Positions 1 to 8,335 of a stretch of 64,000 nt of DNA are shown here, in pieces. Numbering within the stretch: position 1 is the stretch's first letter; each line of letters opens with the position of its first letter. The stretch is from an uncultured cyanobacterium (GTDB lineage: Bacteria; Cyanobacteriota; Cyanobacteriia; PCC-6307; Cyanobiaceae). The DNA is taken from NCBI GenBank assembly GCA_963765575.1, contig CAVXWZ010000008.1, positions 224,001 through 288,000 on the forward strand, read 5' to 3'. The notes under the pieces were generated by a model, which made no database searches, was not told where the DNA came from, and worked only from the letters and a program-made list of their open reading frames with translations. The translations under genes and the position numbers were made by a program.

Positions 1-648
1 ACCGAGAAGCTGCGGCTGGAGAAGGAGCTGGTGGGGTTCTATCTCTCCGACCATCCCCTCAAGCAGCTGGCGGGCCGGGTGAAACTGCTCTCACCGGTGG
101 CCCTGGGCAACCTCGAGGAGCTGGCCGACAAGGCCAGGGTCAGTGCGGTGGCGATGGTGCCGGAGATCCGCCAGGTCACCACCCGCAAGGGCGACCGCAT
201 GGCGGTGCTGCAGCTGGAGGATCTCACCGGCAGCTGCGAGGCGGTGGTGTTCCCGCGCACCTACGCCCGCCTGGCGGACCATCTGATGGTGGATGCTCGC
301 CTGCTGGTGTGGGCTTCGGTGGACCGGCGGGATGACCGGGTGCAGCTGATCGTGGACGACTGCCGCCAGGTGGACGACCTGCAGCTGCTGATGGTGGAGC
401 TTCCGGCGGACCAGGCGGCCGACATCGCCGTGCAGCACCGGCTGCGGGAATGCCTGCAGAGCCATCGTCCCCCCCAGGACGAGGGTGGCGTGCGGGTGCC
501 GGTGGTGGCCCTGGTGCGCCAGGGGGATCAGACCCGCTGCGTGCGCCTCGGCCCCCAGTTCTGTGTGGCCAATCCGGCGGCCGCCCTCTCCACCCTCAGC
601 GCGGCGGCGTTTGCCGCCCGGGTGAGCGCTCCGCTCTCAGCGGTCTGA
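1..648 (+). CDS. dnaE: DNA polymerase III alpha subunit, C-terminal part (5' truncated by window edge)
   Basis: EKELVGFYLSDHPL motif followed by OB-fold (TTRKGDRMAVLQLEDLTGSCEAVVFP). Confidence 0.93.
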   Translation, partial: TEKLRLEKELVGFYLSDHPLKQLAGRVKLLSPVALGNLEELADKARVSAVAMVPEIRQVTTRKGDRMAVLQLEDLTGSCEAVVFPRTYARLADHLMVDARLLVWASVDRRDDRVQLIVDDCRQVDDLQLLMVELPADQAADIAVQHRLRECLQSHRPPQDEGGVRVPVVALVRQGDQTRCVRLGPQFCVANPAAALSTLSAAAFAARVSAPLSAV

Positions 649-1101
649 GGATCCTTCAGGGGTGTTGGGGGCGGCAGTTCCTTGGCGCCTGGAGCGCAGC
701 GAGGATCGGAGACGGCCGAAGTTGAGGCTGATCTGCTCGCTGCCGAGCAGGCTGCCGGGCTGGGTCTCCCAGCTGGCGGAGAGCACGCCGTAGCTGAGGC
801 CCAGAAGCCCCAGCAGGAAACAGCCTCCCGAAGTCACCAGGGTGGCCCCCGGCGGGATGTCGAGCACCCCTCGGCTCACCAGCACGTAGCTGGCAATGAA
901 CACCCCCATGCCCATCACGGTGGGGATGCCCGTGGCCACGGCGATGCGGCGGGCCATGCGATTGGCCACGGCCTCAGGGATCACCTGCTGGCGGCTGGCA
1001 GGTTGGGGTTTCGCTGGGGTTGGCCCCTTGCCGCGCTTGCCGTTGCGACCCGGTGGCTTGCCGGATTGCTTGCCTGTGGGCTGGATGCCTTGAGCCGCCA
1101 T
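637..1101 (-). CDS. PAM68/DUF3464 family photosynthesis-associated membrane protein
   Basis: IPEAVANRMARRI and LSYGVLSASW motifs, two TM helices. Confidence 0.85.
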   Translation of the reverse strand: MAAQGIQPTGKQSGKPPGRNGKRGKGPTPAKPQPASRQQVIPEAVANRMARRIAVATGIPTVMGMGVFIASYVLVSRGVLDIPPGATLVTSGGCFLLGLLGLSYGVLSASWETQPGSLLGSEQISLNFGRLRSSLRSRRQGTAAPNTPEGSSDR

Positions 1102-1128
1102 GGTGTCCCCTGCTGGCTGGACGGCGCC

Positions 1129-1398
1129 TCAGCCGCGGATTCCGAGCTTGGCGATCAACTGGCTGTAGCGCTCCAGGCTGATGCCCTTGAGATAGCCCAG
1201 CAGACGCTTGCGGCGGCCGATCATCTTCAACAGCCCCTGGCGGGAGGAGAAGTCGTGCTTGTTCTGCTGCAGATGGGTGGTGAGCTGGCTGATGCGTTCG
1301 CTCAGCATCGCCACCTGCACTTCAGCCGATCCGGTGTCGGTGCCGTGGGTCTGGTGACCGTTGATCAGTTCCTGCTTTTTGGTGGTGGTGAGCGGCAT
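1129..1398 (-). CDS. rpsO: 30S ribosomal protein S15
   Basis: 89 aa, [12 protein letters not shown] and [20 protein letters not shown]. Confidence 0.98.
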   Translation of the reverse strand: MPLTTTKKQELINGHQTHGTDTGSAEVQVAMLSERISQLTTHLQQNKHDFSSRQGLLKMIGRRKRLLGYLKGISLERYSQLIAKLGIRG

Positions 1399-1534
1399 GG
1401 ATGGGGAAGAAGGCGAACGCGGGAAGAACCGGGGCCCGGTGCAGGAATCCGGCGTGGCAATGACCCACGTTACCGCCCCACCGGCACCATTTCAGGGCCT
1501 GCGGCGATGCTGAATGCCGGCTGCCCGGGGGGCC

Positions 1535-2197
1535 TCAGGCGGCCTGGCAGCTCAGCCAGCGCAGGCATTCGCGGATCCAGTCATCGGCGCTCCAGGCGCT
1601 GTCGCTGGCGGCGGCGGCCTGCTGATGGGCCACAGCCCGCAGCGCCCGGTGAATCTCCAGCACCTCGTAGCCCAGCACCGCCAGCGTCAGCTGCACCTCC
1701 TCGCGGTGGTTGTCGCTGAGCTGGCTCTCCGGGGGAGCCAGGGCGTCGTCGTCCGCAGCGATCCCCAGGGCACCGACGAAGCGCTGCTGCAGCCGGCTGC
1801 GCAGCTCCACCGCCAGCCGTTCCGCCGTGCGTCGTCCCACCCCCGGGGCCTGACAGAGCCGGCGCAGGTCGGTCTGCACGATCGCCTGCACCAGCTCTTC
1901 GCGTTCCAGGCAGCCCAGCAGCCCCAGGGCCATCTGCGGCCCCACGCCACTCACGGCCACCAGCTCGCGGAAGAGGTCCCGCTCGGCCCGCTCGACGAAG
2001 CCGTAGAGGGTCCAGCCGTCGTCGCGCACGGCCTGGTGGATGTGCAGGGCCAGGCCACTGCTCAGGGCCGGCAAGCGCTGCCACAGGCGCTGGTGCACCT
2101 GCACCTCGTAGCCCACGCCCTGGCACAGCAGCAGCAACCCGCAGCGCTTGTCCTGCTGCCAGGGATCGGCCAGTTCTCCTTGCAGCCAGCCGATCAT
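1535..2197 (-). CDS. ruvA: Holliday junction branch migration protein RuvA
   Basis: MIGWLQG start, GVGYEV, LYGF, HhH motifs VSGVGP and APGVGRRTAERL. Confidence 0.96.
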   Translation of the reverse strand: MIGWLQGELADPWQQDKRCGLLLLCQGVGYEVQVHQRLWQRLPALSSGLALHIHQAVRDDGWTLYGFVERAERDLFRELVAVSGVGPQMALGLLGCLEREELVQAIVQTDLRRLCQAPGVGRRTAERLAVELRSRLQQRFVGALGIAADDDALAPPESQLSDNHREEVQLTLAVLGYEVLEIHRALRAVAHQQAAAASDSAWSADDWIRECLRWLSCQAA

Positions 2198-2218
2198 GGG
2201 AGCACTTGGATTGCGCCC

Positions 2219-2749
2219 ATGGTGCCCGCCCCGCGGTCCCCTGCCCAGCTCCAGCCGCCGGCCCCACCGCGTCTACCCCGGCGCTCCCTCCAACGCTCAC
2301 TCCAGCGCTCCCTGTGGCAGCCCGCCCTGCGCTCGCTGGCCGGGCTGCTGCTGGCTGCGCTGTTGCTGCTGCCCCTGACGGCCTGCAGCGGTTCGTCCCA
2401 GCCGCCCCGCGGGGTGCTGCTGAGTGCCCTGGCGCTGCAGATCCAGATCACCCAGGGCGCCATCGCCCAGGCTCTCGACCTGCAGCTGGACCAGAGCACC
2501 GCGCCCCAGGTGAGCCGGGTGCGCGTGTCCGAGCAGCAGAGCCTGGCCATCGGCGAGGCCAGGGGCCTGCGGCTGGCGGGTCAGTTCGACTGGCGCCTGA
2601 GCGGTGATCCGATCCGGGTCGACAGCCCCTTTGAGCTCTACCTGCAGCGCGGCGAGCGGGGCCAGAGCTGGCGGCTGGCCCGTCCCAGCGGCAGTCCCGA
2701 CGGCAGCACCCAGGAGTGGATCACCTATCCGCTGCCCCTGAAGGGCTGA
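2219..2749 (+). CDS. hypothetical lipoprotein
   Basis: 3' part of ORF 1514..2749; hydrophobic stretch ending in lipobox-like LTAC; start uncertain. Confidence 0.65.
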   Translation: MVPAPRSPAQLQPPAPPRLPRRSLQRSLQRSLWQPALRSLAGLLLAALLLLPLTACSGSSQPPRGVLLSALALQIQITQGAIAQALDLQLDQSTAPQVSRVRVSEQQSLAIGEARGLRLAGQFDWRLSGDPIRVDSPFELYLQRGERGQSWRLARPSGSPDGSTQEWITYPLPLKG

Positions 2750-3666
2750 GCTGGCAGAGGTGGCTGTGGCTGTGGCGGCGCTGGTCGGCTGCTGAGGCTG
2801 ATCAGGGTGGCGCCCAGCACCAGGGCGGCACCGGCCAGGGTCCAGCCATCCACCACCTCCCCGAAGATCAACCAGCCCCACAGGCCCGCGAAGCCCACCT
2901 GGACGTAGCTGATTGCGGTGGCCTGGGCGGCCGGCAAGCCCACCAGTCCGCGGGTCAGGGCCACTTGACCCAGCTGGGTGAACAGGCCCACCCCCAGCAG
3001 CCAGAGGAGCTCCGATGGGGTGGGCAGCACCGGGTTCAGCAGCACCAGGGGCAGGCTCAGGGGCACCGCCACCAGTGGGAAATAGAACACGATCACCAGG
3101 GGCTGTTCCGTGGTCGCCAGCTTGCGAACGCTGACGTAGGCCACGGCTGTGGCCAGGGCCCCGACCACGGCGATCAGCACGGCCGTGGGCGGCAGCCCCG
3201 CGCCGGTGTTGACCGCTCCGGCGGCGACCAACTGGGCCGGCTGGGCCACCAGCAGCACGCCGGCCCAGCCCAGGCCCATGGCCGCCAGCACGCGCTTGCC
3301 GATCCGCTCCCCCAGCAGCAGCCAGGCCAGCAGGGCTGTGAAGGTGGGATAGAGGTATTGCAGCACGGTGGCGGAGGCCAGCGGCAGCTCGCTCAGGGCG
3401 ATGTAGACGCACAGCAGCGCCACGCTGCCGATGCTGCCGCGCCAGATCAGCAGGCCCCGCCGCTGGCCCCAGGGGCTGATGCCGGCGCGACGCAGCAGCC
3501 ACCAGCTCAGGGCCAGGCTCACCAGGGCGCGGGCCAGCACCACCTCGGCCGCGGGAATGCGGCCGCCCACCTGCTTCACACAGATGCCCATCAGCGAGAA
3601 GCTCAGGGCGCTCAGCAGCATCGAGGCCGCCGGTGGCAGGGAGCGGGGTGCAGCCGACGGCGTCAT
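2725..3666 (-). CDS. DMT/EamA family transporter
   Basis: About 10 hydrophobic helices, ATVLQYLYPTFTALLAWLLLGERI; start placed at ATG 3666. Confidence 0.9.
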   Translation of the reverse strand: MTPSAAPRSLPPAASMLLSALSFSLMGICVKQVGGRIPAAEVVLARALVSLALSWWLLRRAGISPWGQRRGLLIWRGSIGSVALLCVYIALSELPLASATVLQYLYPTFTALLAWLLLGERIGKRVLAAMGLGWAGVLLVAQPAQLVAAGAVNTGAGLPPTAVLIAVVGALATAVAYVSVRKLATTEQPLVIVFYFPLVAVPLSLPLVLLNPVLPTPSELLWLLGVGLFTQLGQVALTRGLVGLPAAQATAISYVQVGFAGLWGWLIFGEVVDGWTLAGAALVLGATLISLSSRPAPPQPQPPLPAQPFRGSG

Positions 3667-3823
3667 GGCGGTGGCAGGACAGGCAGGTGCCGGCGACGCA
3701 TGCTGACCGATGGCTCCCGGCTGCTGCAGCGGCGGCGGCCCTGCAGCAGAATTGGCAAGCGTTCCATGGGCTGCCGCGCCCGCTGCGCCTGCGGCTCCGC
3801 ACTCGCCCACAACCCCCCTCACC

Positions 3824-5938
3824 GTGAGCCTGCCGCGCCTCCATCCCCGCACGATCGAGGCCGTCAAGGAGCGCGCCGACATCGTTGATGTGGTGGGCGA
3901 GCACGTGGTGCTCAAGAAGAAGGGCCGGGAGTTCGTGGGGATCTGCCCCTTCCACGACGACAGGTCGCCGTCGATGACGGTGTCGCCCGCCAAACAGTTC
4001 TATTACTGCTTCTCCTGCGGCGCCGGCGGCAACGCCATCAAGTTCCTGATGGAGCTGCAGCGCCAGAGCTTCAGCGATGTGGTGCTGGAGCTGGCACGCA
4101 AGTACCAGCTGCCGGTGGAGACCGTTGATGGTCCCCAGCAGGAGCGGCTGCGCCAGCAGCTGTCGCGCCGGGAGCAGCTGCACCGGGTGCTGGCCCTGGC
4201 TTCAGGCTGGTTTCGCAGCCAGCTGCGCGCCGCTACGGGCCAGGTGGCCCTCACCTATCTGCGCGAGCAACGGCGCCTCAGTGAGAGCACCCTGGAGACC
4301 TTCGAGCTCGGCTACGCCCCCGACCGCTGGGACGGCCTGCTCCAGCACCTGGGCCAGGCCCATGGCCTGGCCCCCGACTGGCTGGAAGCCGCCGGCCTGG
4401 TGGTGCCCCGCAAGGGCGGTGAGGGCTTCTACGACCGCTTCCGCGGCCGGGTGATGGTGCCGATCAAGGACCGCCAGGGACGGGTGGTGGGCTTCGGTGG
4501 CCGCAGCCTCGACGGTGGCGAGCCGAAATACCTCAACTCGCCGGAAACGGAGCTGTTCGAGAAGGGCCAGCACCTGTTTGGCCTCGACCGGGCGGCTCCT
4601 GCCATCCGTAAGGACGACCGGGCGGTGGTGGTGGAGGGCTACTTCGATGTGATCGCCCTGCATGCCGCCGGCATCACCAACGCGGTGGCGTCCCTGGGCA
4701 CGGCCCTCAGCAGCCAGCAGATCACCCAGCTCTGCCGCTGCTGCGACAGCCGCCGGCTGATCCTCAACTTCGACAGCGACGGCGCCGGTGTGCGGGCGGC
4801 CCAGCGGGCCATCGGTGAGGTGGAGCAGCTGGCGCTGCAGGGCCAGCTGGAGCTGCGGGTGCTGCACCTGCCCGCCGGCAAGGATCCCGACGACTTCCTG
4901 CAGGCCCATGGCGCCGGCGATTACCGCGCCCTGCTGGATCAGGCGCCCCAGTGGCTTGACTGGCAGATCGAGCAGGTGCTGGAGGGCAAGGATCTGGCCC
5001 GCTCGGATCAGTTCCAGCAGGCGGTGAGCGCCCTGGTGGCCCTGCTCGGCAAGCTGCCCCAGAGCGCCGTGCGCAGCCACTACCTGCAGCAGGTGGCCGA
5101 GCGGCTCAGCGGCGGCCAGGCGCGGCTGGCGATTCAGCTCGAAGACGACCTGCGTCAGCAGGTGAAGGGCCAGCGCTGGCATGGCCGCTCCCAGAAGTGG
5201 GAGCAGCCCGGTGAAGCGGGGTTGCGGGAGCGCGCCGAGGCCGAGGTGCTGCGGCTCTATCTGCACTGCCCCCGCGAGCGGCCGTTGATCCGCGCCGAGC
5301 TGCGCCGCCATGAGCTGGAGGATTTCGCCCTCTTCCATCACCGTCAGCTGTGGGCGGCCATCAGCGCCATGGAGGAGGACAACCTCGGTGCCGGGCGCCT
5401 GGAGGCCGTCAACCGGGGTCTCGATGCCGGGCTGGATCTGGCCGATCTCGATCTGCCCCGGCTGCTGGGCGACCAGCTGGTGGTGGAGGAGAGCGCCCTG
5501 CTGGCACGGCTCACGCCCCTGATTCAGCCCAGCGAACTGCAGCAGCTCCACCTTTCCCAGCCCCAGCTGCAGTTGCGTGGGGCCCTGGCGGCCCTGGAGC
5601 GCCAGCGCAGCCTCAAGCGCTGCCGGCATTTGCTTGATGCCTGGGGCAGCCAGCGCCTGGAGACCCTGGAGCGCTGCATCGCCAAGCTGCTGCAGGCTGA
5701 CACCGGGCCAGCTCCGGAGCCCCAGGGGCCGTCTGCGCAGTCGCAGGGGCTGGTGCCGATCAGTGAGTTGGTGCCGATCAGCAACATGGAGAGCCGGCTG
5801 GAGGAGTTGTTCGCCGACCTCAACCGAGACGCCCTGCGCTTCCAGGAGCTCTATTACAACGAGCGCCGCTATCTTGAAGATCTTGATAATCGGCGGCGGG
5901 CCGGCTACCCCAACCGGGGAGACGAGCAGGTGGCCTAG
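3824..5938 (+). CDS. dnaG: DNA primase
   Basis: Zinc finger CPFH..CFSC, KYLNSPET, TOPRIM VVEGYFDVI, GKDPDD; GTG start 3824. Confidence 0.97.
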   Translation: MSLPRLHPRTIEAVKERADIVDVVGEHVVLKKKGREFVGICPFHDDRSPSMTVSPAKQFYYCFSCGAGGNAIKFLMELQRQSFSDVVLELARKYQLPVETVDGPQQERLRQQLSRREQLHRVLALASGWFRSQLRAATGQVALTYLREQRRLSESTLETFELGYAPDRWDGLLQHLGQAHGLAPDWLEAAGLVVPRKGGEGFYDRFRGRVMVPIKDRQGRVVGFGGRSLDGGEPKYLNSPETELFEKGQHLFGLDRAAPAIRKDDRAVVVEGYFDVIALHAAGITNAVASLGTALSSQQITQLCRCCDSRRLILNFDSDGAGVRAAQRAIGEVEQLALQGQLELRVLHLPAGKDPDDFLQAHGAGDYRALLDQAPQWLDWQIEQVLEGKDLARSDQFQQAVSALVALLGKLPQSAVRSHYLQQVAERLSGGQARLAIQLEDDLRQQVKGQRWHGRSQKWEQPGEAGLRERAEAEVLRLYLHCPRERPLIRAELRRHELEDFALFHHRQLWAAISAMEEDNLGAGRLEAVNRGLDAGLDLADLDLPRLLGDQLVVEESALLARLTPLIQPSELQQLHLSQPQLQLRGALAALERQRSLKRCRHLLDAWGSQRLETLERCIAKLLQADTGPAPEPQGPSAQSQGLVPISELVPISNMESRLEELFADLNRDALRFQELYYNERRYLEDLDNRRRAGYPNRGDEQVA

Positions 5939-6053
5939 GCGCCTGTCAGACCATTGCTGCACCTCAGGTCGTCGCCCCTGACACGCTGAACTGCCGCTGC
6001 CAACGCCGCCCCCTCACGATCCCATCGGCCTGGGTCTCATCTGGACGTTGCGC

Positions 6054-6185
6054 TCAGGAGCTGCCCTGGCCGCTGAGTTGGGTGTGGCTGCCGTCGCAGT
6101 AGGGGGTGTTCTGGCTGTTGTCGCAGGTGTCGAGCGCATCGCTGCCGGCTTCCAGCTCGAGGGCCAGGGGAGTGGATTGGGTCAT
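6054..6185 (-). pseudogene. CDGSH iron-sulfur domain mini-ORF (43 aa), first Cys replaced by Asp; probably degenerate
   Basis: Hand translation MTQSTPLALELEAGSDALDTCDNSQNTPYCDGSHTQLSGQGSS; not in ORF track. Confidence 0.75.
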
Positions 6186-6229
6186 GGGGGGGTAAGAACG
6201 CACCAACACGTTGGCTTGTTTCCAGGGGG

Positions 6230-6504
6230 CCACGATCCATCCAGCACGGGCTCATCACACGACCCAGGAGCAAACCAACGATCCAGCGGAATGGGCTCTG
6301 GCAATGAGGCAGGCCCCTGGACGGTGCCGATTCCGCGGCAGCTCGTGATGGCTGTTGTGGTGGCCCGCAGGCTGTAGGCGCAGGCGCCAACAAAGGTGGG
6401 AGTGCCTCACCGATGCCGGCGTTGCCCTGATTCCGGTGCTGGAAGGATTGCACGCCTGGAGACAGGCCGAGCAGGAGGACCTGGGATGCGGCACTGAACT
6501 CTGA
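6230..6504 (+). pseudogene. HxlR-family winged-helix regulator remnant
   Basis: VVARRL*AQAPTKV, then frameshift to CLTDAGVALIPVLEGLHAW, resembling the HxlR C-terminal pattern; 5' end approximate. Confidence 0.65.
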
Positions 6505-6614
6505 GCGTGGTGTGTCTGTGGTGAGCGCCGGCGGCATCGTTTTCAAGCGCCTTGCCAGGTGAAGCCATCGGCGGCTTGGATTCGTGCCACCATTGCGTTC
6601 GTGGAATCTCGTCA

Positions 6615-6938
6615 ATGCCGACAATCTTTGCTGGAATGATTTCGACTGGGCTCAGTCTGGCGGCGGCGATGGCCCTGGTGCTCCCCCAGTCCTCCCAGGC
6701 CCAATCATTGAAAGACAGGGTGGTTCATAATCAATGCACGGTCAAGCTGACCAAAGAGATGGCCAGCAAGGGAATCGCCAACCCACCGCAACCCTTCATC
6801 AACAACGTCTGCGACTGTGTGGTTATCAATATGAATGCGGGTGACACGATCGAGCAGTCCAAGCAAACCTGCAAAGCCGAGGTCAAGGCCAAGATGGAGG
6901 GCGAGATGAAGCCCAAGACGACCACCCCCCAGCCCTGA
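6615..6938 (+). CDS. small secreted hypothetical protein with four Cys
   Basis: Signal-like LSLAAAMALVLPQSSQA, then C..CDC..C; lower GC than flanks; ATG 6615 or 6636. Confidence 0.7.
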   Translation: MPTIFAGMISTGLSLAAAMALVLPQSSQAQSLKDRVVHNQCTVKLTKEMASKGIANPPQPFINNVCDCVVINMNAGDTIEQSKQTCKAEVKAKMEGEMKPKTTTPQP

Positions 6939-6976
6939 CCAGGCGCTCGCTGGCCAGCAGCCGTAACCATCCTGAT

Positions 6977-7296
6977 GTGCGCTCTTTACTGCGCCTGGTG
7001 ATCGGGGAGTCGGAGCGATTCCCCGCCCTGGCCATGGTCTTGGTGGAGCAACTGCAGCGCTCCGGTATGGCTCCATGCGTGCGCCGGTTCAGCGCCGGCT
7101 CCGCTGGGGTCGCCGAGATCCGCGCCCGGGGGTGTTCATGGGCGCGCTCATGCACGGGATCCTGATGGCAGCGGTGGTGCCTGGCCACGATCTGGCGCCA
7201 GGGGACCGGGATCGCTTCGCCGCCATGCCCGTCCACCTGGTGCGTGCGGCGGCGGCGGATTCGGGCTGCCGCCCCCACCCACCAGACAGCGGCTGA
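6977..7296 (+). pseudogene. TetR/AcrR-family regulator C-terminal remnant
   Basis: LLRLVIGESERFPALA motif, frameshift in G-run about 7128-7132 to VFMGALMH; no HTH domain upstream. Confidence 0.65.
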
Positions 7297-8335
7297 CAAA
7301 CGGGGAGGTCATCGCCCGCAGCAGGGCGCTGTAGTTGAGGCTGAAACGCTGCTCCTGGCCCACCACCAGCGGCTCGCCGCAGCTTTCCACCACCAGGTGA
7401 TCGCTGGACGATCCCACCAGGGCTAGCCCCGCTGGGGGGCCCAGGCCGCCAGGATCGGTGTCCTGTTCCCCGAGGGCCAGCAGGGCCCGCTGGCGGACCC
7501 CCCGCTCAGGGCCGATGGCGGTTTCGGCAAAGCTGGTGAGGCCGCGCTCGCCCCAGGGTCGGGTGGGTTTGGGCTTGGCCTCGATGACTTCGGCCACCAG
7601 GGTGAAGGCATCGGTGAACAGGCCCGGCAGGGCCGTGCGGCCCAGGGGCTCGCGGCCCAGCAGCAGCGCTTCCCCCAGCCGCAGGTGGTTGATGCGCTGG
7701 GGCACCCCGCCCGCCGCCAGCCAGGGGAGGTTGGCGGAATTCCCGCCCGACACGATCGCCAGCTCGATGCCGAAGCGACCCTCCAGGGCGGTGGCCAGAT
7801 CCGAGAGCTCCGCCATGTTGGTGGCATCCGGTTTGACGCCGTGCTGGCAGCCGAGATTGGCGCCGATCCCCATCAACTCCAGGGAGGGCAGGCCCAGGGT
7901 GAGCGCCGCCACCGCTTCCAGATCCGCCGCCAGGATGCCCTCACGCAGGTCCCCCAACTCCACCATCAGCACCACGCCGTGGCGAAGGCCCTGGTGGGCA
8001 GCTGCCGCCGCCAGGGCTTCGAGCAGCAGCGGTTCGCTGTTGCAGCTGATCGCGGCGCCGGCCACCACCCGATCCACCTGGCTGAGCATCGGCGTGCGGA
8101 TCAACAGCTTCGGCACGGCCACGCCGGCCTGGGCGAGCGCATCAAGCGTCTCGATGCGGGAGTCGCCGATCGAACCCACCCCCGCCGCCACCCAGGTGTG
8201 CGCGATCGCCGGCAGGCCGAGCACCGCCTTGCTCACGCCGCTGATGGCGATGCCCTGCCGCCCCAGCTGCTCCACCAGGGTGCGGGCGTTGTGGTGCAGG
8301 CGGTCGAGATCGATCTCGAGCCGCGGGGCGCTCAC
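7148..8335 (-). CDS. alanine/ornithine racemase family PLP-dependent enzyme
   Basis: ISGVSKAVLG (PLP Lys), IGDSRI, MVELGDLREG, VSGGNS, INHLRLGEA, GSSSDHL; low-complexity C-terminal run-on. Confidence 0.9.
   Translation of the reverse strand: MSAPRLEIDLDRLHHNARTLVEQLGRQGIAISGVSKAVLGLPAIAHTWVAAGVGSIGDSRIETLDALAQAGVAVPKLLIRTPMLSQVDRVVAGAAISCNSEPLLLEALAAAAAHQGLRHGVVLMVELGDLREGILAADLEAVAALTLGLPSLELMGIGANLGCQHGVKPDATNMAELSDLATALEGRFGIELAIVSGGNSANLPWLAAGGVPQRINHLRLGEALLLGREPLGRTALPGLFTDAFTLVAEVIEAKPKPTRPWGERGLTSFAETAIGPERGVRQRALLALGEQDTDPGGLGPPAGLALVGSSSDHLVVESCGEPLVVGQEQRFSLNYSALLRAMTSPFVSRCLVGGGGSPNPPPPHAPGGRAWRRSDPGPLAPDRGQAPPLPSGSRA

Noticed and set aside
1399..1480. Possible S15 autoregulatory leader upstream of rpsO
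   Set aside because: Only short GC hairpins seen; no convincing conserved structure by eye.
5750..5783. 18-bp-period tandem duplication in dnaG (LVPISELVPIS), and RSLQ repeats near 2282-2314
   Set aside because: In-frame slippage in variable linkers; too short for an array or mobile element.
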